From Nitrospirota bacterium (GTDB taxonomy: Bacteria; Nitrospirota; Thermodesulfovibrionia; Thermodesulfovibrionales; Dissulfurispiraceae), in NCBI GenBank assembly GCA_963790025.1, contig CAWBMP010000002.1, positions 224,001 to 288,000 of the forward strand: 64,000 nt of DNA. The letters are read 5' to 3'. Positions 57,025 through 64,000 of this stretch are shown here, piece by piece (position 1 is the stretch's first letter; each line of letters opens with the position of its first letter). A program made the translations under genes and the position numbers. The notes below the pieces were generated by a model that did no database searches, was not told where the DNA came from, and saw only the letters and a program-made list of their open reading frames with translations.

Positions 57025-58497
57025 TTATGCCCTGCCTTTCATCTCAACAAAAATGGGATTGCTTAACAACCTGCCGCCGATATCTATGCGGTAATATGTC
57101 TTTGCACCCGGCTTTCCCGCTGCTGTAAGATACTTGTCCGTAAGTTCAATGTCAAGACCTTTGTCCAAATAAATCTCTTTTATTATCACGCCTTCCCTTA
57201 TCAAACTCAGCTTTGGATTGCTTTTCTCCTTGTCGGATAAACTGACCTTGATCCTCAGTCTTACCTCGTTGTCCACGATTGCCGTGTCCCCCATCTCTAT
57301 CCATTTATTGTTCCTGTCATCCCATATCTGAAATTCATCAAGGACCGGTTTCGAGTCACCATAAACTGCGTACATTCTCCCTTTGCGCATCGCATCAAGA
57401 ATTTCTGCTTTATTATTTCTGGTAACAAGGAAGATAGTCTGTGTCTCTCCCATCCACGTGCCCTCTTTATAATCAAGCGCACCTATGGCCCACGCAGGGA
57501 TCTTGCGCCGCCCGCTTATATATTGTTTCAGTACGGTATCCCAGATACCGCCGGGTATAGCGGTATATTTCATGCCCGATGCAAGTGCAGCAAAGCCTGT
57601 ATACCCTGTGGTCCGTAAAAGCTCTTCACAACATGGATGAGTATATAACTCTATTGATTGAATTTCCTCTTTCCCTTCTTCATCCGGATGCGCCCAGAAG
57701 ACCATACCTCCTTTCTTATCAACATAATCGATAACGTTCTGGTAAGGCAGCGCGCCACTGTCACCATGATACTGGTCATACAGGGGAGAGAAGAAGGGGA
57801 AATTATTGATTGTCAATATGATGCCTGCCGACAGGACTATTATGCCCGGAGCGAGGAACGGGCGCTTCACTTTTTTGATAACGACGAGATGCAATCTCGC
57901 ATACTCTTCTTTTTTCTTTAATATAAACCACGTACCCAATGGAACCAGAAGGATCGGCCAGATACTGAGAAAAAACCGCATATCGAATTTTAACGGATTG
58001 CGGTAGCCCACTGACGGAAGGCCCTCCAAATCCTCCGGCTTTTCCAGGCCGATTACAAGAAGCTGCTTATGAAAATTTACGAGTTTAAGGTCTTGGTTCA
58101 GGTAGCTTCCCTCCCAGTAATAAAACGGCGCAGACTCGACACCGGCGATAATTGTCATTTCGGCATTTCTCCCTGCGATGTCCTTAATCAGCCCAAGATA
58201 TTTTTCTGCGCCGTATATTTTGATGGACGGTCTCTCTTCAACTTTTCTTATGACCCTCCTCAATGGAAAGAGGCCATATTCAACCCTCTGGTTGTCTTCA
58301 TCAGTGAGCACGGCAACTTTTAATCCTGCCTCTTTGACCTTCCCGACCATTTCCTCGGGAGAAAATACGCCGCCGCTGATAGTAGTGCCGAGATGGACAA
58401 CACCCGGTATTTTCTCCATTGCGAAAGAGACGCCACAGCAGCCTGAAAAAGCGATGAGCAGGAGGATAACAAAATTTAATTTTATAAGTATCTTCAT
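57025..58497 (-). CDS. Membrane protein with PHP-like domain (metal ligands partly lost)
   Basis: GVVHLGTTISGG, VLTD, IIAGVE, WAHP, AIGALD, I.DAMRKGRMY follow the PHP pattern; two internal TM helices. Confidence 0.6.
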   Translation of the reverse strand: MKILIKLNFVILLLIAFSGCCGVSFAMEKIPGVVHLGTTISGGVFSPEEMVGKVKEAGLKVAVLTDEDNQRVEYGLFPLRRVIRKVEERPSIKIYGAEKYLGLIKDIAGRNAEMTIIAGVESAPFYYWEGSYLNQDLKLVNFHKQLLVIGLEKPEDLEGLPSVGYRNPLKFDMRFFLSIWPILLVPLGTWFILKKKEEYARLHLVVIKKVKRPFLAPGIIVLSAGIILTINNFPFFSPLYDQYHGDSGALPYQNVIDYVDKKGGMVFWAHPDEEGKEEIQSIELYTHPCCEELLRTTGYTGFAALASGMKYTAIPGGIWDTVLKQYISGRRKIPAWAIGALDYKEGTWMGETQTIFLVTRNNKAEILDAMRKGRMYAVYGDSKPVLDEFQIWDDRNNKWIEMGDTAIVDNEVRLRIKVSLSDKEKSNPKLSLIREGVIIKEIYLDKGLDIELTDKYLTAAGKPGAKTYYRIDIGGRLLSNPIFVEMKGRA

Positions 58498-59630
58498 CTG
58501 GATAGCAACTCGATGTACAGTTTAATGGTCTTTTCAACCATCAGTCTGTTATCAAAGGCCACTGCCTTCTTTCTGCCATCCCTGCCGAGTCTTTCTGCGA
58601 GGTCCCTGTCCATTAAGACCCTTAAGGACTCCCTTGCTATGGAAACATAATCACCGGACGGCACAAGCAGACCGTTTAATCCATGCGTGATAATCTCCGG
58701 GATACCGCCGACTTCAGAAGCGACTATCGGTTTTGAGCTTGCCATAGCTTCGAGAAGCACTTTCCCGAGACCCTCATTCAGGGGCGTATGTACAAGGAGG
58801 TCTATCGAACCCATTATCGACGGGATATCCTCTCTAAAACCCAAAAAAATTACCTCTTTGTCCAGGCCAAGCAGGCAGACAAGTTCTCCCATTTCCTTTC
58901 TCTGTGAGCCATCGCCGACAATAATATATTTTGCAAGGGGCAATTCCCGTTTCATTAAATGGCACGCCTTAAGAAAATACTCGCAGCCTTTTACAGGCTC
59001 AAGCCTGCCGACCCACCCCACGAGGGGGACATCAGGTCCAATCCCGAGTTCTTTTCGCATAACAGCGCCGCTGTTCGAAAATTTCTCAACATAGATGCCG
59101 CATGGGATAGTGATAATCCTGTCTTCCGCTGCTATCCGCTCATTGATATATTCCCTTCTTTCAATGTCCGTAAGGGTTATCACCCTGTCGCAGAACCTCG
59201 CGGCAATCCGCTCGAGAAGCACAAATATCCTGCTTATCACGCCGCCGTAATAGCCGTAAAATATGTGTCCATGAGGAGTATGGACAATTGCTTTGATCAT
59301 GGCAGTCCGGCCGGCTATCCTTCCGATAAAGCCTGCCTTTGAGGTGTGCGTATGGATAACATCCGGGTTTATCCTCTTAATGAGGGTTAAAATTCTGAAA
59401 AATGCAAGGATATCCCGGAAGGGGTATATGTTTCTTCTCAGGGACGGGATGTAATTAACAGGAATGCCCGTCGCCTCTGAGAAGGCATCCATATCTGCCT
59501 GCGGCTCAACCGTCGGACCTGTAGCAATGGAGACATCGTGCCCCAGCTTTTTAAGCTCCGCAACAAGATTAAGAAAGACCTCTGCCGAACCGCCCCTGTC
59601 AAGACGCGTTATGATATGAAGGATTTGCAT
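58494..59630 (-). CDS. GT4 family glycosyltransferase
   Basis: ITRLDRGGSAE, HTHTSKAG, GRLEPVKG, EGLGKVLLEAMA...VGGIPE. Confidence 0.92.
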   Translation of the reverse strand: MQILHIITRLDRGGSAEVFLNLVAELKKLGHDVSIATGPTVEPQADMDAFSEATGIPVNYIPSLRRNIYPFRDILAFFRILTLIKRINPDVIHTHTSKAGFIGRIAGRTAMIKAIVHTPHGHIFYGYYGGVISRIFVLLERIAARFCDRVITLTDIERREYINERIAAEDRIITIPCGIYVEKFSNSGAVMRKELGIGPDVPLVGWVGRLEPVKGCEYFLKACHLMKRELPLAKYIIVGDGSQRKEMGELVCLLGLDKEVIFLGFREDIPSIMGSIDLLVHTPLNEGLGKVLLEAMASSKPIVASEVGGIPEIITHGLNGLLVPSGDYVSIARESLRVLMDRDLAERLGRDGRKKAVAFDNRLMVEKTIKLYIELLSR

Positions 59631-59642
59631 CGGTAATTTTCA

Positions 59643-61181
59643 TTATTGAACCAAAGTTGTCAAATTTAATTCCTCAGGATAAATTTTCCTGGAAAAATTA
59701 TTGTATACAACAAATTCCTCAAAAATATCTTTCTTATAATTAATGCCCAGTTTGCCCAGTCGTTTTTCCATCTCAGTAACTGCCTGTGGATACATGTCTT
59801 GCCGGACAATATAGACGGTATTCCCTTCACTCCTTACCTTTGCTGTATATTCTAATTTGCGGTCAGAAAAAGTTGGATGAAAAAGAGTAGGCGAAATTAT
59901 TACTTGTTCTTTCGATTCAAATATTAAAGGATATGCAGTCCAGTAATCTGAATAACCAAATGCAAAATTTTTCGACAGCAGCCATTCAGCCAACTGCGGG
60001 TAATGGCAGGCTTTTTTATTTAAAAGAGACTGGCTTAAATTGTATCCATTATATGATAAAATTGTGCACAAAACCATTACGTATAACAGGGTTGACCTGG
60101 CTTTGATATCTGATAATAATTTCCCGATAAATATTGGGAATACTATATAAAGTGGCAGGATGTATCTTGCTGTTCTTTCACCTACGAACGTTGCATAAAA
60201 TATTATAAAGCATATTACATAAATCATAAAAATATTCATATTTTCAATTTTTCTATTCTGTAGAGAGAAAAAAGCCTTTTTTTTGTAACTCCAGAATATA
60301 GCTGCAACAAAAATAAGTAAATTAGGCAAGCCCGCCAGGGATAAAAACATAGGTGGAATAGCTGCCAGTGAACCGGGGATAGTAGAGATCCGCCATAGAA
60401 CTCTTTCTACAATAATTTTCGTCAGGTTTGGCGACGACAGAACACTACGGTCAAGATGTAAAATCCTCCCGGAAAATCTATAAAATGCCGCTCCAGGATA
60501 TTGAATATTATATGCAATACCGGGTGAATAGCCTATAAGGAATCCAATAATAAATAAATATATATACTGGAATAAACATTTTCTGTCCTTTAGGAGAAGC
60601 ACGGTAATTAAAGTAAACAGGCAAGGTAAAATACCTGGGCTCAGCCATAGGCCAAAGCCGGAGAGAAATCCTAAAAAAAGAAAGAACCCCTTTACGTTGT
60701 GGTATTTATCATTGTTCCAACCGACTAATAAAAGGAATAAAATCGAACTGAAAAGCAAAGTCTCTGATTGAGTCCCTCCTGTAAATAACGACAGAGACAA
60801 AACGTAGGAAGGCGGGAACAGGACCACAATTGCCGACGCCAGATAGCCATGATAATCAAGTACCCTTTTGGCAAGAATATAGGTGTAAAATGCCCAGAGG
60901 CATGAAAAAAATACTCCCACACAATTATAGATGAATGATGAGATGCCGAATAGCCTGAATAGTACGGCACCGATATAGCTCGATAATGTTCCGGCGTAAT
61001 GTGCTGACCACATGTAGATTGGGAACTCCTTGAATTCAGAGATGCGTTTTGCCATTAAGCCGAACACCGCGGCATCGCCGTCAACTGTCACCGGGGGAAG
61101 GATATATAAAACGCGAATTGCAATCCCGACGGCAAATATCACAAAAAATAAAATAGTCTCTTTTCCTTTAGGTTTTGACAT
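59643..61181 (-). CDS. Polytopic membrane glycosyltransferase (ArnT/GT-C-like)
   Basis: DGDAAVFGLMA after TM1, Y.G.L, many TM helices, RYILP and YSDYWTAY; AT-rich. Confidence 0.65.
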   Translation of the reverse strand: MSKPKGKETILFFVIFAVGIAIRVLYILPPVTVDGDAAVFGLMAKRISEFKEFPIYMWSAHYAGTLSSYIGAVLFRLFGISSFIYNCVGVFFSCLWAFYTYILAKRVLDYHGYLASAIVVLFPPSYVLSLSLFTGGTQSETLLFSSILFLLLVGWNNDKYHNVKGFFLFLGFLSGFGLWLSPGILPCLFTLITVLLLKDRKCLFQYIYLFIIGFLIGYSPGIAYNIQYPGAAFYRFSGRILHLDRSVLSSPNLTKIIVERVLWRISTIPGSLAAIPPMFLSLAGLPNLLIFVAAIFWSYKKKAFFSLQNRKIENMNIFMIYVICFIIFYATFVGERTARYILPLYIVFPIFIGKLLSDIKARSTLLYVMVLCTILSYNGYNLSQSLLNKKACHYPQLAEWLLSKNFAFGYSDYWTAYPLIFESKEQVIISPTLFHPTFSDRKLEYTAKVRSEGNTVYIVRQDMYPQAVTEMEKRLGKLGINYKKDIFEEFVVYNNFSRKIYPEELNLTTLVQ

Positions 61182-61244
61182 TGTGTGAACTCCTTGTACC
61201 TGGCCCCTTTCCTGTAAGGCTCGTAATTATATGCGGTATCCTCA

Positions 61245-62408
61245 TTAGTATCTGTAGAATTCGGTGCAACGCGGGCAAACGGGAAAGTACTTGTCTCTTT
61301 TCAATCCCTCCCTGTACCTTGTTGCCCTCTCGCAATTCCACATTTGTTTAAAGCCGGTTTCTTTTAAGTTGCCAAAGGCATAATTGATGGATTGGCACGG
61401 CCTGACTGAACCGTCAGGAAACACATATGCGACCATCCAGGGGCTCATGCAGCGCTTCTTGTAGCTTTCAGGCAGAAAGTCGAACAAACCGTAATATCGC
61501 CTTACCTCGTCGTCAGTAAGGTTAGGATACACGGAGATATCGATGCCGGTACGCATGGCTTTGACTTTCTTCAGCATCTGCAGAAGTTTATCAGGGACTA
61601 TATTCGGCAGACGTTCCCGAATGAAACCGGCCCAATCGTGAGCTGAGCATGAGAACCCGTCCTGCATTTTTTTTTCGTGCCTGCAGTATATTTCCCTGCT
61701 GGTGAATATAAGATGATGGAACGTTATAGACGAGGCCCCCATCTCTTCGGCGGAGCTTAGCACTTCATCCAGCCTCTCATAATTTGTTTCGAATATAGAT
61801 GTCGATATATTCACCAGGGGAGTATTAAGCTTTTTTTGTTTCTTAAGCGACTGGATTTTCTTAAAACCCGCCATTGCCCTGTCATATGTTCCTGCAGTGC
61901 CCCGTATTTCGTCATGCACATCTCGCGGGCCATCCAGAGAAAAAATTATCTCGTCAATGCCGGCATCAATAATAGTCTCTGCATTCTCCTTTAACAGGAC
62001 GCCGTTTGTGATCATGTTGCATCTCATTTTCCTTTTTTTCACCATCCGTACCACATCGGGCCAATCCCTGTACAGCAGGGGTTCCCCCCCGAACAAGGTG
62101 ATGTTGGGCTTGAAACTCATTACCTCATCCAGGACCTTTTCAATATCGGCCGGATCAAGCTGTTTCTTCAATTCTTCAGGCGAATAACCGAGGGAGCTTC
62201 CGGCCAGGCCCCACTGGCCGCACATCTTGCACCGCAAATTGCATTTGTAGGTGAGGAACAGCGAGATAGTCTCGGGATACGCGCTCCGGCCCCTGTAGAA
62301 CCTGTAAGTGATGAACGACTTGAGCCTCTTATAAAACACACCTGCGGCATACCCCGGCTGCTTGATGGACTTCTTTATAGCGCGCAGAAGATTTCTCTTC
62401 GGGATCAT
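61245..62408 (-). CDS. Radical SAM protein with SPASM/Twitch domain
   Basis: CNLRCKMC, GGEPLL, TNG, SLDGP..HD..RG; C-terminal CMSPW...DGSVRPC...GNL...W...CPRC. Confidence 0.92.
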   Translation of the reverse strand: MIPKRNLLRAIKKSIKQPGYAAGVFYKRLKSFITYRFYRGRSAYPETISLFLTYKCNLRCKMCGQWGLAGSSLGYSPEELKKQLDPADIEKVLDEVMSFKPNITLFGGEPLLYRDWPDVVRMVKKRKMRCNMITNGVLLKENAETIIDAGIDEIIFSLDGPRDVHDEIRGTAGTYDRAMAGFKKIQSLKKQKKLNTPLVNISTSIFETNYERLDEVLSSAEEMGASSITFHHLIFTSREIYCRHEKKMQDGFSCSAHDWAGFIRERLPNIVPDKLLQMLKKVKAMRTGIDISVYPNLTDDEVRRYYGLFDFLPESYKKRCMSPWMVAYVFPDGSVRPCQSINYAFGNLKETGFKQMWNCERATRYREGLKRDKYFPVCPRCTEFYRY

Positions 62409-63553
62409 CGTCCGACAGTCCTTGCAATAGTTTCCACAACCCTGGACAGGCTTTTCACCGGTACGTAGTGGTGGACAGGTATCAGGACAAGCCTCTCCGC
62501 CATGTATTCGGCATTGGGGTATTTAGGGCCATCGCCATCACCGTATATCTTGTGTATGGGCCTGTCATAGAGAACTGTGGCCTCGACTCCTGATCTGACA
62601 ATTGCATCTATGACCGTCATGCGTTTCTCCGCATCTTCAACCAGGAACGGGAACTGGTTAAATACGACGTGATGTCCGTAAGGCATTATGGGCAGCCTGA
62701 TGCCGTCGATGCGCTTAAGGGCACCATGCAGCAGGAGGCCCTTGTCCTCTCTGTCCTTGAATATTTCTTCAGCTCTTTTCAGCAGACGGCATCCCAGCGC
62801 GGCCTGGAATTCCGTATAGCGAAAACTGTAAAAGTCTTCGTGAAGTGCAGTATACTTGAAGCCGGCAAGGGCCTGCCTGAAAATCGTGTAAAACCAGGGC
62901 CTGACTGCAAGAGAAAGCCCGCATGCCTTAACGTATAACTTTATTCTCGTTGACAGGCCCGGTATGGGAAGTTGCCGGACCTCATCGCGGATGGCTTGAG
63001 CAAGGGCGTCATTGTCCGTTACAATAAGGCCGCCTGCAACAGTCGAAAGGTTTTTGCCCCTGTTAAAACTAACAAACCCGACATCTCCGAATGTGCCCGT
63101 GAATCTGCGCTCCATGCTCGTGCCGAACGAAGAGGCTGCATCCTCAATTATAAATACACCGTCCGGCCCTCTCAATTCTCCCATGTTCACAGGTATGCCG
63201 AACATATGAACAGGCAGGACAGCAAGAGTATTACGGGTCATTGCGCCGGCTGCCTTTTCAGTATCCATATTGAACGTATCCAGAGAGATGTCGGCCAGCC
63301 TGTATTTAAGCCCCGCCTTTCTTATCGGCAGGACAAGCGAGGGCGCAGTATATGCAGGGAGAATAATATCCTCCCTGTCCGAGAGTTTTTTCAGCGCCTT
63401 TAAGATGAGATAGAATGCAGTTGTCCCTGAATTGACCGCGAGCGAATGCCTTACTTTTAGCATCTTCTTCAGTTCCTCTTCGAAATCACAGGAATTAATG
63501 GTCGCGTCCATTATGTCCCTTATCCTTATAGGTGTTCCGGCCGAAGGTATCAT
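62405..63553 (-). CDS. Second DegT/DnrJ/EryC1/StrS family PLP enzyme (divergent, with insertion)
   Basis: From ATG 63553: NSGTTA, PAYT, VHMFG.P, IIEDAA, SFNRGKNL...GG, LIPVH. Confidence 0.8.
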   Translation of the reverse strand: MIPSAGTPIRIRDIMDATINSCDFEEELKKMLKVRHSLAVNSGTTAFYLILKALKKLSDREDIILPAYTAPSLVLPIRKAGLKYRLADISLDTFNMDTEKAAGAMTRNTLAVLPVHMFGIPVNMGELRGPDGVFIIEDAASSFGTSMERRFTGTFGDVGFVSFNRGKNLSTVAGGLIVTDNDALAQAIRDEVRQLPIPGLSTRIKLYVKACGLSLAVRPWFYTIFRQALAGFKYTALHEDFYSFRYTEFQAALGCRLLKRAEEIFKDREDKGLLLHGALKRIDGIRLPIMPYGHHVVFNQFPFLVEDAEKRMTVIDAIVRSGVEATVLYDRPIHKIYGDGDGPKYPNAEYMAERLVLIPVHHYVPVKSLSRVVETIARTVGR

Positions 63554-64000
63554 TTTTGTCCGGATTCCTTTTCGAATACCATTATATAACCCCAGGCCAG
63601 GTACGAATTGCTGATGCCCACTGCTTTCTTCCGCAGGAGCCTGCACCCGACTGCTCTCATTGCCGTTTCTATCTCTTCAGGGGAATATGAGACTGTAGGG
63701 AAATCTCTCTTTCTCATATGCAGCCAATATTTCAGCCTTAAAACCTGATTCAGTTTATTTCTTATGTCTATCACAATTATCCCTTTATTATGGACAATTC
63801 TTGTCATTTCCCTGAATATCGACCCAAGCTCATCAATGGAGGGAAAGTTAATGAGAGTGTTAAGGCACACTGCGACATCAAACATCCCATCTTCGAACGG
63901 CATCGAAAATATGTCGCCCTGCACGACGTTCATCCCTGCGGATTCCGCCTTATTCAGTTGTTCCTGCGACGCATCAATGCCGATGATCTCTTTGCCGCTA
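63550..64000 (-). CDS. Class I SAM-dependent methyltransferase, 5' end outside window
   Basis: IIGIDAS...QGDIFSMPFEDGMFDVAVC...EMTRIV..KG; the frame is open to the window edge. Confidence 0.82.
   Translation of the reverse strand, partial: SGKEIIGIDASQEQLNKAESAGMNVVQGDIFSMPFEDGMFDVAVCLNTLINFPSIDELGSIFREMTRIVHNKGIIVIDIRNKLNQVLRLKYWLHMRKRDFPTVSYSPEEIETAMRAVGCRLLRKKAVGISNSYLAWGYIMVFEKESGQK

Noticed and set aside
61245..62408. Radical SAM as maturase of the selenopeptide
   Set aside because: It is 43 kb away, embedded in a sugar-modification operon, and has no evident peptide-recognition N-terminal domain.

Overview
Ordinary chromosomal window from an anaerobic, probably diderm bacterium (gene content resembles Nitrospirota/Desulfobacterota-type organisms; this is inference). 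From left to right: (1) a partial M16 peptidase and a GNAT; (2) a ~24 kb aryl-acid cluster with four phenylacetate-CoA-ligase paralogues, two IorAB sets, two ACT proteins, a Liv-type ABC importer with two binding proteins, an AlgE-like barrel, PaaI and DAHP synthase; (3) a six-gene envelope operon (SLH/TPR lipoprotein, LPP20-like, DUF799-like multidomain lipoprotein, transglutaminase-like, FecR-TPR, CHASE2-cyclase with degenerate catalytic residues); (4) a two-component pair, an Mla/MCE transporter with a degenerate ATPase and a frameshifted SLC5-type sensor kinase; (5) Fur, a collapsed catalase remnant, a cupin and MutS2; (6) a sigma54-preceded porCAB operon whose delta subunit is fused around a GltD-like flavoprotein; (7) a glycan modification cluster with a radical SAM enzyme. 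The best hidden feature is missing from the ORF track: a 66-aa putative lipo-selenopeptide gene (17858-18058, +) with two in-frame TGA codons. Each TGA sits in a synonymously conserved U-SGSKK motif and is followed by a SECIS-like hairpin, and no maturase gene lies next to it. No rRNA, tRNA, CRISPR array or intact transposase was seen. All family assignments come from motif recognition by eye, not from database searches.
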